From Podarcis erhardii (lineage: Eukaryota): a stretch of DNA of 64,000 nt. Each line of letters opens with the position of its first letter. Position 1 is the stretch's first letter. Shown piece after piece: positions 46,789-58,789 of the stretch. The notes beneath the pieces were generated by a model that had not been told where the DNA came from, did no database searches, and saw only the letters and a program-made list of their open reading frames with translations. The translations under genes were made by a program, and so were the position numbers. The DNA lies in NCBI GenBank assembly GCA_964252035.1, contig OZ176212.1. The stretch is one strand, 5' to 3'.

Positions 46789-48641
46789 AGTGCATAAATA
46801 AGCTGGATAAGGACCTGAAGTCTCTCCCCTTCCCAAATACACACACCAAAAAAGAGGCTTTGTGATACCCTGTGATACATTTCCCCCACAAACTAACTTC
46901 AACTTCAGTCTCCTTAATGGTGAGATCCTGTGCGCCCACTGCATTTGTTTGGTCTCACTTCCTGGTGCATGCACATAGGACCTTATTCTTTTGCACCAGC
47001 AGTAGAGAACTTCTCTACACTTCTTTTTGCCCAGGTGGAAGCCTTGCACGAAGTAGCTGTACAGGAGTGGAACTTCGGGAAATGTTGGGATGTGTATGAA
47101 CTGGGGATGGGGCTTGAGACGTGTGCGTTCGCCTGTTTCGGGTCTCTGTGTGTACATGACGCCCTGCCCCCACCAGCTCCTCGCAGCCGGCCAATTGGTG
47201 GTTAATTACCCCTTATTGTTAGCATGGGCTTAGCTAAACCCTGCTAATTCCTTCTAATTTGTCCTTGTTGATCAGGTGGTGCAGGTGGTAATGAGATGGG
47301 CAGAGAGTCTCCATCTGTCTATGCCCTGGTGTGGGTGGGTTGGGGTTTTTTGCTGCTGCCTCCCCCCCCCCCCAGCAGTTTCCTCCACCTATGCATTCTG
47401 CTTTATTTGTTGAGTGGGGTGGGGGTTGTTCTCTCAGGAGCAGAGCACTCTAGGCAAGTAGCATTAGAGGACAGAATCTAAAAACCTGGTGACTCAGCAC
47501 CCCCCTCCTTCAAAACAACTCCACTTGCCAATTCTCCCCCCATCCTCTAAAGAGCAGCCCATGGAACCCCTGCTATCCAGGCTTGCAACTCTACCTGTTC
47601 TCATTCAAATCTCTTTAGCCACATCCCTGCCTCCTTAGGATAAATATTAGACGAGGCCTGGATTCAAATCCAGACTTCAACCAGGAGCTTTCCAGGTGGC
47701 CTTGGGGCAACTCTGTAAAGTAGAAATAAGAAGCTTTGCCTATTTTGCAAGGGGACATTCTGAGAATGCATGCATGCAGCTGAATAGACCATATCAGGTT
47801 TGTCCCCCAGTGTGTGTGTGTGTTTTTCATTTCCTTGCCTTAAATCCGTGGATGTGGAGAATCCGTGGGGTGGAGAATGACCATCTTAAATTTTAAATTA
47901 GCGCCCCTTCATTGGTGTAGCTGTTCAGTTTTAAGATGTGTTTGGGCACATCTTCTGACTTTTGGGGGTGCCCATTGTTGGCTATCTGACTGTCTTTCCT
48001 CCAGTTTTCTCCCCCCAAAATTGGAATAGGCAGTAGCTGGGGGGGCAGGGGGCAACCCCCCAAATCAAGTAAATCAATAAAAATACCTGACTGAGGTTCT
48101 GGCCTCCCCCCTCAACATAAATCCTGACTACGCCCATGGGCAGTGGTTGCGTGAATATAGCATCCCAAGTGTATGTTCTCTCAGAAGGAAAGATGAGACT
48201 GTGAGGCCCCCTCCTTCAGCCTAGCTAAGGCCAAGTGCCATTTGACTCCTCCCCTACCCAAACTGTCCATTTGACATAGCTACAGCAGAGGGAAAGATGG
48301 AACAACAAGTGTTGTTGTGTCCGTGAAGCTAGCACCATTTGATTCCTTCCATCCTGGAACTGCTTTCAATCAGTTAAAGTTTTTTTTTTTAACCCCTTTG
48401 AATGAACTAAAAAAGCTGCTCTTATGCTGTTATTGGTGACCGTCTTGAACATCACTTGACGGAAGGATGGGTCACAGGTTTAATTTAGTAACTAATGAGT
48501 TAAAGTATAGCTCCATTGTAGGTATTTCTGTTAGATCAGGGTCCTTCTGTATGATGGATGTGTTTGTGTACTTTAATGAACTGAACAGAGTGAAAGATTA
48601 TGAGTCATTGGGCAGGGAGAAGAGAGTGTGTAGACTTAATA

Positions 48642-48870
48642 CAGTCGTACCTTGGAAGTCGAACAGAATCTGTTCTGGAAGTCTGTTCGACTTCCAGAAC
48701 GTTCAGAAACCAAAGCACGACTCCTGCAGCCAATCGGAAGCCGCGGAAGCCCCATTGGATGTCAGGCTTCCAAAAAAAAAAAAAAAAAGATTCGAAAACC
48801 AGAACACCCCACTTCGATCAGGGGCCAATTTGTTTGGGAACCAAGGCGTTTGAGATCCAAGGTACGACTG
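48642..48870. mobile_element. Tc1/mariner-type MITE (family A)
   Basis: TA|CAGTCGTACCTTGGA ... TCCAAGGTACGACTG|TA. Confidence 0.95.
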
Positions 48871-48877
48871 TATAGCG

Positions 48878-49013
48878 CAGGCTTCCTCAAACTCTGCCCT
48901 CCAGATGTTTTTGGCCTACAACTCCCATGATCCCTAGCTAGCAGGACCAGTGGTCAGGGATGATGGGAATTGTAGTCTCAAAACATCTGGAGGGCAGAGT
49001 TTGAGGAAGCCTG
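48878..49013. mobile_element. Family B hAT MITE
   Basis: CAGGCTTCCTCAAACTCTGCCCTCCAGATG ... CATCTGGAGGGCAGAGTTTGAGGAAGCCTG; TSD GTATAGCG/GTATAGTG. Confidence 0.94.
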
Positions 49014-50159
49014 GTATAGTGCTTTGCTTATTTTTAAAGTTTTTTTAAAATATTGCTTTATAAATTATAAAAATGCCTTATTGATTTGTCAGTCGTATGA
49101 CTTAGGCTGTAATTGTGCTGTTTCGCTTATGTACATATATATAATGTGCATATATAAAATACTATGTTGCCATCAGTGGAACTGCCAGCCTTGACTGTTG
49201 AGATGGTGTCACTGAGGGCACAATAAAAGTTCTGTGACTTGTGAGTTGCTGGGTGACGTGTGTCATCATTGCAGAGGCAAGGAAGGTCAGAAAGCAATTT
49301 AAAGTTCTCTTGTGGAAGCACCTTAGTTTGCTAACACCTTTTGTCTATAAAACACATGTAAACCAATTTGAAACTGGTGCTACTCTCTCAGACTGCTTCA
49401 GAGATCCCTGGGAACAGCAGTTTGGGGAAGGCGCCGGAACACCTGTGTTGCATGTTCCTTTTGGTCTTGGAGCTGCCATTTCCAAGGTTCTGATAATTGT
49501 GACAGACCTAATTCAAACAAACAGTGGATGGGAGATGGGGAAATAGTCACCTCTGTGTATTTGAATGTGTCGACACTGAGGCAAACTTTTAGCCATCCCT
49601 CTGACATACTAGATTTTTGTGTGCAGGGATTTATTTTACCGGGGGCAGGAGATTCTCCAAGCTGTGGTCTGAAATGGCACAGTCTAGCATGAGTTGTATG
49701 ATGTGACTGATGTGTAGAGTTAAAATGTTTTTCGGTGGGAAGCAGTTAAATATGCAAACCCCCTGCTGTCTTTGATGACATGGTCAAGGTAATGTACAGA
49801 TTTGCCACCCGCTGTACTGCCTGCCTAGATTCACCTTTTAAAAGGATTGCAACTAGTTTAAGATTTTAATGTAGAGACATCCCAAAAAATCCTCTTAAAT
49901 TTGTTGCTGTTAACATGCCTGAAAAATGTTGTGCTAGGCACCCAAATCAAAATGTTTAGGTGCTGCCCTGACTAAGAATGGGAAAGCTTTTGTTTTGTTT
50001 TCTAAGTTCTGTGTCACACCCTCGTCACGTGCTTTCGCTTGGCGGGAATGTATAATTGAGCTGGGATAAAAACTCTTGCTTGCCTTAATGCTGTTTGTGT
50101 GTGTAGAAAGCTCCGGCTTTTGCATGGTTATAACCTACTGTACAAAAAACACCACCACC

Positions 50160-50301
50160 AGCTTGGATAGCTCGATTGGTTAGAGCATGGTGCTGATAAT
50201 GCCAAGGTTGCAGGTTCGATCCCTGTATGAGGCAGCTGCATATTCATGCATTGCAGGGGGGTGGACTAGATGATCCCTCTTCCAACTCTACAATTCTGTG
50301 A
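50160..50301 (+). mobile_element. tRNA-Ile-headed SINE with CR1 tail
   Basis: TAGCTCGATTGGTTAGAGCATGGTGCTGATAATGCCAAGGTTGCAGGTTCGATCCC + CATTGCAGGGGGGTGGACTAGATG..TTCCAACTCTACAATTCT. Confidence 0.88.
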
Positions 50302-50305
50302 AAAG

Positions 50306-50443
50306 CAAGAATGTGGAACTTGTGGACCTCCAGATGCTATTGGACTATAACTCTCATCAGCCCTGAGCCAGCAAAGCCAGTGGATTGGGATGATGGGAGC
50401 TGTAGTTCAGCAACATCTGGAGGTCAGTGAGCTCCCATCCCTG
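50306..50443. mobile_element. Family B hAT MITE, degenerate
   Basis: GACCTCCAGATGCT...CAACATCTGGAGGTC. Confidence 0.75.
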
Positions 50444-51422
50444 GTACACATGGAAGACTAAATCCACTGCCCATGTTTGCCTGTGGGCAGTGGCCCCTGG
50501 AAAGTTGTCAATGAAGGAATGTGGCCCTTGGGTTGAAACAACTTCCTCACTTCAGACTGCCTACATTCCTCTTACGTGTGGTCTAACTTAGGTACATTGC
50601 TGTCAGGCTAGTAAAAAAGTTCCCTGGGCTTGTAATTTTTTCCAGATTCGTTTGCAAGGCTGGATTAGAGGAGAAGAGGGTTGTTGGGGGTTTTTTGTGT
50701 TTTTTTTGTAGTTAAAGACCTGGGACTTCAGTGTTCAGCTTTACAGAGACGAATAAGGTCTTGTGGGTTTGCGGAGTGTGGGGAGGCTTGGTGTCAGGAC
50801 ATTTGGATTCCGCCTGCACTTCTGCATAAGGTGGGTCTTGTGTGTCGTTTTGGAACAGGCCGGGAGCCAAGACTCTGGGGTTCCCTTCCCAGCTTCAAAT
50901 CCTGGAAGCAAATGGGGCCTAGCTGCTTGCTGCAGTTCCCACAATGCTGCATTCTTTTGGGGGAAATGGCTTGCTTGATGCTGGACAGATGCAAAATTGC
51001 CCCTGCCTGCCCTGCTTGATTTGCCACGCTTGTCAGTCTTAGCCATGTACGTGCGTCTTCTTGAAATGCGACCACAACCATGCGGAAACTGCTCTTGTGT
51101 GGCAAGCAGATCTGTGCAGAGCTGGTTTAGACGCATTCTTCGGCGATCTCCACTTCTACACAACCTGCAAATAGCAAGCAGTGAGGATTCACACCAGCGT
51201 GATGCAAAAATTCCTGTGGCTCACTTGAAGCATTTGTTGCGTGTAAGGAAAGCGAGGGTCTCTCTCATTAATGGGTGCTAGAGCTTGTAGGCTTGGCCAC
51301 AAATTGAACAGAGAAACCTGTGCCTTAGGCAAATAGGAGAAAGAGCCCCATGCTGCTAGCATGAAAGTTATTGTGGCTCCCACTGCCCTCTTTGCAAATG
51401 GTGGCTTGCAGTTTGATAACTA

Positions 51423-51798
51423 GAGCTGCGTACACACCGTACCTTTTAAAGCAGGCTGCCAAAGAACCCTGGGAACTGTAGTTTGTTAAGGGTGCTGGGA
51501 ACTGCAGCTCCCAGCATTCCTTGGAGGGGGCGTGGAATATGGCTTTAAAGATATACAGTGGTACCTCGGGTTATATACGCTTCAGGTTACAGACTCCGCT
51601 AACCCAGAAATATTACCTCGGGTTAAGAACTTTCCTTCAGGATGAGAACAGAATTCATGCTCCAGCGGCGCGGCAGCAGCAGGAGGCCCCATTAGCTAAA
51701 GTGGTGCTTCAGGTTAAGAACAGTTTCAGGTTAAGAACAGACCTCCAGAACGAATTAAGTTCTTAACCCGAGGTACCACTGTAATGTGTTTGCAGCCC
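51423..51798. mobile_element. Family C-like MITE with a mariner MITE in its right TIR
   Basis: Left GCTGCGTACACA..TTTAAAGC; right GCTTTAAAGATATA[insert]ATGTGTTTGCAGC. Confidence 0.7.
51556..51781. mobile_element. Tc1/mariner-type MITE (family A)
   Basis: TA|CAGTGGTACCTCGGGTTA ... TAACCCGAGGTACCACTG|TA. Confidence 0.97.
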
Positions 51799-51812
51799 TA
51801 GAAGTCCACATT

Positions 51813-51990
51813 TGGAGGCAACATTGCTTCTGAAATATCAATTGCAGGAAACTGCTGGAGGGAACAGGGCTCTTGTGCTTGAATCCTGCTTGCTGGTTTC
51901 CCACAGCCATCTGGTTGGCCGTTGCGAGAACAGGGTTCTGGACTAGATGGGCCATTGGCCTCTGATCCAGCAGGCTCTTCTTAAGTTCTT
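51813..51990 (+). mobile_element. CR1 LINE 3' end
   Basis: CATCTGGTTGGCC...CTGGACTAGATGGGCCATTGGCCTCTGATCCAGCAGGCTCTTCTTAAGTTCTT. Confidence 0.85.
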
Positions 51991-52500
51991 CCACCCACAC
52001 AGCTGCAACAAGAGTGCCGGAGTGCCGGTTAAGAAAAGGGCCCAAAAGCTGTCAAGAGGGGCCCTGGTTCGTGGGCCTGACCTGAGCCCAAAACAGGGAA
52101 GTTACGACCCTGAGTGCTCCGTGCCTCTCATGTCTCAGAGAAGGGAGTGGAGGAAGGAATAGAGGACCCTGTGTCCAAGCCATATGCTGCAAATAATCTC
52201 TCTCCACCCTCCCACCCCCCTTGTGCCCCTGTGAAGGACATGGATTCTGTGTACGTCCTTGGCATGCTGCCAGTCTCTATACTTGGCAGTGGCTGGTGTG
52301 CGCCAATCCCATATGGAATAAACACTCGTCTCTGCTCTCCCACATATTTACACTTCATGGTATAGGTTCCACAGCTTGGAGGGGGGGGCGGGAGGGGAGA
52401 GGGTTGGGACACTGCGCAGGAATGGCTAGGGAGGGCGAGAGCAAAGGAAAATCCAGCTAGCAGGCAAGATCTTGGGAGCTGGTAACTGGGGAGAGACGCT

Positions 52501-52656
52501 TGAGAGCTGGTAGGGCGTATAATGGTTAGAGTGTTGGACTGTGACCTCGGAGACCAGGGTTCGAATCCCCACTCAGCTGTGAAGCTCATTGGATGACCTT
52601 GGGCCAGTCACCATCTCTTAGCTTGACCTTCCTCGCAGGGTTGGTGTGAGGATGAA
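52501..52656 (+). mobile_element. Squam3-like SINE
   Basis: TGGTTAGAGTGTTGGAC...GGTTCGAATCCCCACTC..GAAGCTCATTGGATGACCTTGGGCCAGTCAC...GGGTTGGTGTGAGGAT. Confidence 0.9.
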
Positions 52657-52741
52657 CTTGGACGTCTGGCAACCCTTAAAGTGAGCTGGGGAACAGGAAA
52701 TTCCAGGTTCAAAACTTTCACTTGCTGTGATTTCATCCAGA

Positions 52742-52880
52742 AGGCTTAGGGAAGCCACCTCTCTCCCTGCCTCACCCTTCATTTGCAGTGTGTAGGTGAT
52801 AATAATGGCCTATATTACAGCCAAATAATGTATGTGGAGTGCTTTGAACACTCTTTATAAAAGTGCTGTGCAGATGCTGA
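52742..52880 (+). mobile_element. MIR/Ther1-like SINE 3' half
   Basis: GATAATAATGGCCTA...ATAATGTATGTGGAGTGCTTTGAAC..AAAGTGCT. Confidence 0.6.
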
Positions 52881-53008
52881 ACTTTGCCACTTTCCTCTTT
52901 TTGGGAACCTTCTTGCTTATTTGGTCAGGGATTTGATATTCCAAGCCTCTTTCTCTTATTACCTGATTTAACGGGCAAGGGATGACCTTTTGAGCCTCCT
53001 GAATCCTA

Positions 53009-53258
53009 GGCCACATTCACAACACACATTTAAAGCGCTGTGATATACCTTCTACCTTAAAACAACCATGGCTTCCCCCCCCTCCCAAGAATTCTGGGAG
53101 TTGTAGTTCCTTAAGGGCGCTGAGAGTCGTTAGGAGCCACCAATTCCTCTCGCAGGATAGATGGCTAAACCACACTGAAAACTGTAGCTCTGTCTCCAAA
53201 CAACACTACTTTAAAAATGGTATCGGAGTGCTTTAAATGTATGTTTTGAAGGTGGTCC
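53009..53258. mobile_element. Family C palindromic MITE
   Basis: GGCCACATTCACA..CATTTAAAGC ... GCTTTAAATGTATG..GAAGGTGGTCC. Confidence 0.82.
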
Positions 53259-53556
53259 TGGTATACTGTCCATCTAGCTTGATCCTTCTCAGAGCTGGGA
53301 ATAAGTCTGTTGCACTGCTTCCCCAGACTCCATCCTTGCAGTGCTTTAACCAGTTGCTCCCGCAGCTACGTCCCAGAAACAGAAAACACTAGCCAAGCAT
53401 TCCCTGTGCCTCCCTAACTCATATCCATTTCCCGCACTGGGATCGAGGAGTCCTTGCTCTAACTTGCATACTTTCAAAAAACCTGTGGGAAGAGAAAAGA
53501 AGAAGTTTGCCTTTCAACATGCCCGGTTCTCCTCCCGGGGGAGCCCATGGCATCTG

Positions 53557-53725
53557 CATGGTTTTTGTGGTTAAAGTGTTGGACTAGGACCAGGACTTCT
53601 TAGGGAGGGAAGGTGGATTAAATAAATAAATAGGACCTGTGTTCGAATCTCCACTCAGCAACAGAGCTCCCTGGGTGACCCAGGGACAGTGCCTGTCTCT
53701 TGGCCTAACCATCCCTAAGAAAGGG
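53557..53725 (+). mobile_element. Squam3-like SINE with internal insertion
   Basis: GTGGTTAAAGTGTTGGACTAGGACC...GTTCGAATCTCCACTCAGC..CCTGGGTGACC. Confidence 0.75.
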
Positions 53726-53997
53726 AAATGTCCTTCGCTATTAAGTCTCCTCTTGGCCCTATCCTGACCAATAGTCTCCGCTCCCTTGTAAGAGCTGCGG
53801 AGCGAACCCAGGAGTCTTAGTGGTCTTGGTTGTTGTCCTGCACACATGCCCTCCCCCCACCCAAAAAAATTTCTCTATTCCTGGAACTAGAGTCTAGCCA
53901 TTCTGTGACTGAGACCAGACACTCCCTTCCCTTCCCTGTTATAACCAGTTGCTTCCACTCCTTTCCAAGTGCTGGGAACAGTAATACTTTAGTCCTT

Positions 53998-54190
53998 GTA
54001 TAGCGTTGAAAACACGTCCTGTACATTATATCAGTAATCGTCACACCGACCCTTTAAGGTAGGTCCATGTTTATTATCTCCATGCTGCAGATGGGGTACT
54101 GAGGCTGGGAGAATAATGGGAGGTTGCCTAAGGCTACCAAGGTGAGTTCCTGACTAAGGAGAGATTTGAACCAGGGACTTCTCAGCTAGG
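53998..54190 (-). mobile_element. MIR/Ther1-like SINE
   Basis: TATTATCTCCATGCTGCAGATGGGGTACTGAGGCT core; GATTTGAACCAGGG B-box. Confidence 0.7.
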
Positions 54191-54391
54191 TTGGCTAGGA
54201 GGGGCAGAGCCCCCCAAATCCAGGATTCTAGAGGTATCCCCTCTTCCCCTCTATATAGCTCTGCATTACCATAACTAGAAAGCAGGGACCCATATGTTTC
54301 TTCTCCTGCATCCCCACCTGCATGGGGGTACTAGATCACATCCTTCCTGCTACCTGCACCCCATTTGTCAAAGCACCTGGGAAACATCTCT

Positions 54392-54530
54392 GCCCGTACA
54401 GCATGAGATTCTTAATCTCAGGGTTGTGGGTTCGAGTCCCACGTTGGGCAAAAGAGCCCAGCATTGCAGGGGGTTGGACTAGAATGGTCCTCGTGGTCCC
54501 TTCCATCTCTACAACTCTATGATTCTATGA
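54392..54530 (+). mobile_element. tRNA-Lys-headed SINE with CR1 tail
   Basis: GCATGAGATTCTTAATCTCAGGGTTGTGGGTTCGAGTCCCACGTTGGGC + CATTGCAGGGGGTTGGACTAGA..CCCTTCCATCTCTACAACTCTATGATTCTATGA. Confidence 0.9.
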
Positions 54531-54614
54531 AAGTTGGAAACAGATCTTTGGAGTCGTGGCCTGTCTGCTGTTCTGCAGGGGCCCAAGGACGCAGCGCTGT
54601 GAGAGTTAACTTGA

Positions 54615-54646
<32 letters not shown>

Positions 54647-54983
54647 CCACCGCTTCTCCCCCATATCTGTCTAGGGCTGGGTCATGCCAGAAACTGACTA
54701 AGCCGGATTGTGCAACAATTTTTCTCCCCCACCCCCAGCTGCCTGGGGCTGTCTGCTGCTGTAGCAGCAGGCAAACTGCTTAGGGGCTGGGGGCTGAGTG
54801 GTGGGGTGGGGGCCTTGCAAAGGGGAGAGGTGTGCCCAGGGTGGGGCAGCCAGGTGGCCATGGGGGAGAACAAAGAAGGGAGGGGGCCTTTCCCCCCTAT
54901 TTACCCAGCCTTCAGTGTTTGCTCCGGATGGCTGGGAAAAATGGAGTGTGGAGAAAAGGGAGTGGAATTGATCAAGCCTGAGT

Positions 54984-54986
<3 letters not shown>

Positions 54987-55075
<89 letters not shown>
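54987..55075. repeat. 89-nt pure pyrimidine, interrupted (CT)n tract
   Basis: Seen directly; shorter (CT)n at 54615-54640. Confidence 0.95.
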
Positions 55076-58000
55076 GCAATTCTGGGAAGGGAATGGGAGG
55101 GTGGCTAGTGGGTTAAAACAAGGCTGTGGGAGAGCTGTCACTCCCAGCTCCGGGAGAAAGCAGACCCTAGATAACTTGGAAGCCTAACACTTCCTTTTAA
55201 TTTGGTGTTGGTTGGCATTGCAGAGCAAGTGAGGTGGCCTCTGCCCCAAGGAACCCGCAGTGTACTCTAGATACAGACAAGGCCATCAGCCGGGAAATGA
55301 ACACAGAAGGATACCAGTGCTCTTCCCCCGAGGAAATCCATATTTTCACTGCAGAAAAAGCTGGATTCTGCCACTTCTATAAAATATATAGGATGCACGC
55401 GAATTATCTCACCGTGCATATTTTTATATTCTGCACAGTTTGCTGTTTGGCATTGGTGTTCTGTTAATCCCACCCCTTTAACCATGCGTACTGTAGCTTT
55501 ATTCAGCAGCACATTTGGCTTCTGGGATTTCGGCAGGCATTTACCTACATAATTTCAGACCTAGATCGTCACAACCCCATAAGGGTTAGAAACTTTAAGA
55601 AGAGAAAGAAAGTTGTGTTTGCACTGCAAAACCTCAGTATACACAGAGTCCTGGGGATGAGCAGTTGGTTTGCAAGAGGCAGGTCTACCTTGTGTCCTGC
55701 TATACAGTCCTCTGTTCGAAGGATTGTCTGATTTGAAAATGAAGAACCCTAAGAAGCAAGAGCAGGTGGGGGCATCAAGAGTTAGTTAACATGTGGGGCG
55801 CCCCCAGACTGGCGTTTTATTGCAGGTGTATTCTGCAACACGTTGTGTGACACAATAATGTAGTGCCTTCATGGTGGATTTATTCTGCTTTATCAGTTGT
55901 TTTGTGGCGCTTTCTCAGTGTTACCACACAATTGCTGTCTTGCTGAGATTTTGTGCATCAAAAGCGAGGCGAAACAACAACCACCCAGAACATTTGTGAT
56001 TCAAAAAGTTTCAGGATTTCAGCAAAAAGTTACAGGATATGTATGCACTGATTGGAAGTGAACCAGCATAACCACCCCGGAATTTTTGCAAGTGCAAAGA
56101 GAATCGAAAGTGGAATCCCATATGACTGCCCCGATAGCATCATGAGCACAAACGGCCATCAATGCACAACAATAAAGATGTTTGGAGGGGGTCCCAGACA
56201 GCAGACTGAGCAGGCACAAAGGTCGCCTGTTCATAATCTTGCCCATTATAGTGCAATGTTTTTCCTCAACCCAGTTTAAATCTGTACTTATAATTCAGCA
56301 AACACAAATACTATTCAAGCCTCTGCCCACCTTTTGTGGGCGATGCAGCCTCTCTTTTCCAGCAGTGCATAAGTAACCACCCTAGGGGATGGTACGGGTA
56401 GTCATAGGGAGGTGTAGGCAAAAGAAGGGCGGTTTTTTGCTGAAGGCTCAGATCTGCACGCTCTTCAGCTGTCCTGTCTATCCTTGCAATCAGGCTGAAC
56501 AACAAAGAATTCTGTGACACCCTGAAGAATAAGTAAACGTGCTGGGGTCTTACTTGCTGGACGTATTTGCGCGAAGCATAAGTTCAAGGTAGCCAAATCT
56601 GAAGTGGTTAAGAGGGGACTTCATTTCAATGTGTGCCTTTCGGTAGTGATTGCATATGAGAAGAACTATGAGGGCATGCAATCTGTGCATGCGCGAACAC
56701 TTTTGAGTGTGGTTTTTGTTTGTTTGCATTTGTTTAAATTTTATCCTTATGGCAACCCTGTTGGATAGATTACGCTATGGCATTTCCAAACTGCATGCCG
56801 CAGGAGAGACTGAAATGTATAAATAAGTTAAGCCACCATGTTGGATTGCATCCACCGCCCTATGCAGCATTGATTTCCCTCTCCCCCCCTCCCCACCTCG
56901 GTACTTTCCCTGCCAATATGTGATGTCATCTCCAGAAGAGTATGCACCAGAGTTCCCAGGTGGAACTCTGTCCTTTGCAGTGTGACGAGCATGGGGAAAT
57001 TGTAGAAGCACCTTCATCACCCTGAAGGCACATCCCTGTCCCCAGAGCACTGACTAGGTGAAGAGGAAGGTGGAGTGCAATGCATTATAATTTATTGACT
57101 GGGCTATCCAGCAATCTCTGCTTTTTTTCACAGGAACTGGGGGAGGGGGGAGAATTAAAGGTGCAGCATTCAGTGTGTAAAACTGAAGTTTGCTACCATG
57201 TTTTAATCTAGAAGCAAGAACTACTGCAGCCCTGAGCATTAAAAATTAGGGAAACACTGAATTAGAGATTAATGGGACGATCTGAACCCCAAACTCCTTG
57301 GGCATTGATCCGCACAAGTTCTTTTCCTAAGCAGACATTCAGGTGCAAGGGCGGTATTGGCGAGGCAGCCAGGCAGAATTGGCCGTCAATGGTGGATCGG
57401 TGTTTTCCTGAGAGAATATCTAAGCAGCTGAGATCATGGAAACTTAACTGGTGACCTGAAAATCTTTTGTTTCTTTGCACAGTGAAAAGCTTGCACAACC
57501 AGGGTGTTTGCACAATAGCTGGGGCGAGGGGGTGCTGGCAAAGAACACCCGTAGACGCCCTAAGAGCAATTGCACTAGGGCTAGTCTTTGGTGAAGCCTG
57601 CCTTTTTTTTTAGTCTGTAAAAAGAGGGTGAACCTTGCAATGCTTACTGGGGGGCAAGGAAGCTAGTTTTCTGGAGGAAATTCAGCTTTCCACAGGCACA
57701 GTGTCCCACCAGTGCTTTTGGGCAACCAGGCAGGTGCAGTGTGATTTTCGGCATACCTTTAAAATCCCAGCAGTGTCCATCGCCTTCATCAGCTTCTTGT
57801 GTGAAGAAATGTATCTGAAAACGAGCTGTTTGGTGATGGGGTGGATTCTAATTCTAAATTTATTTACTGTATTGATTTATTGTATTTCTGTCCCTCTTTC
57901 CTCCCAAATTTGGGACTCGAGGCCGATTACAGCATTTTAAAAAGCACCTTTTTAGAATGCAAAGTAATAACAAACAAGTTAAAGACAGAACCAGCATCAA

Positions 58001-58257
58001 ATTACTGATTTACCTGGCAGCAGCTCGGTTGTCTGCATCGCCTGCAAGTGCAACCACTCTCAAACAGGAAGATCTTAGCCTGGCAGCGGGAAGATAACAA
58101 GGAGGGAGCCAAGTCAAACCTCTCTTGGGAGGGAATCACACGATCTGGGAGCAGTCACAGAGAAGGCTCTCTCTCATGCCATCATTAACTGTTCCTCTAA
58201 TGTTGATGGCACTGAGAAGGTACTCACTAGAAAGAGTGAGCATTCTCACCAAGGGAA

Positions 58258-58560
58258 AGGGGCATAGCTCAGAGTCAGAGCATGCAGAGGGCCTTGGGGT
58301 CCATCAGTGAGACCTCCAGCTTGGGTTTGGAAAGACTCTTTGTCTGATACTCTGGAGAGCTGCTGCTTCCGCCACCAGCCCAAGGATGGGGAAGAAGCTG
58401 TTGCTCTTCATATGTTTGTTTGGGCCACAGTTCCCCATCATCCCAGACCATTGGGTGTGTCGGCCGGGGCTGGAGGGCCATAGGTTTCCCATCTCTGGTA
58501 TAGACAGTGTTGAGCTTAGAAGACTCAAGTGGCCTGACTCATAGCTTCCTGTGTTGCTTC
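58258..58560 (+). mobile_element. Squam2-like SINE apparently split by a family B MITE (58381-58497)
   Basis: GGGGCATAGCTCAG head...CTGGAGAGCTGCTG [CAAGGATGGGGAA...TTCCCATCTCTG] GTATAGACAGTGTTGAGCT tail; no clean TSD. Confidence 0.65.
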
Positions 58561-58789
58561 TCCCCCGGAAGACGTGTTTCAATGCTTCATTTTATCAGTT
58601 TACTCTACTCTACTCCTAACTTTTCTTTTACGTGCGCGAAAACATTATCTTCAGATTTACCGAACTGTTTATTTTAGGAAGCAACAGTATAAATATCTTA
58701 TTCCCTTCCTCCATTTAGGAACAATCAAGCTGGGTTTTTTTTTTAAAGAGGGCTGCTAATTTAGCACTCTGTTCACAAACCATGCGGAT

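Noticed and set aside
50161-50234. Genuine tRNA-Ile gene
   Set aside because: Acceptor stem is broken, no poly-T terminator, continues directly into a CR1 tail; it is a SINE head
54392-54450. Genuine tRNA-Lys gene
   Set aside because: D-arm is deleted and the sequence is fused to a CR1 tail
56052-56279. 75-aa ORF with protein-like composition
   Set aside because: No recognisable family, no flanking splice sites; length expected by chance
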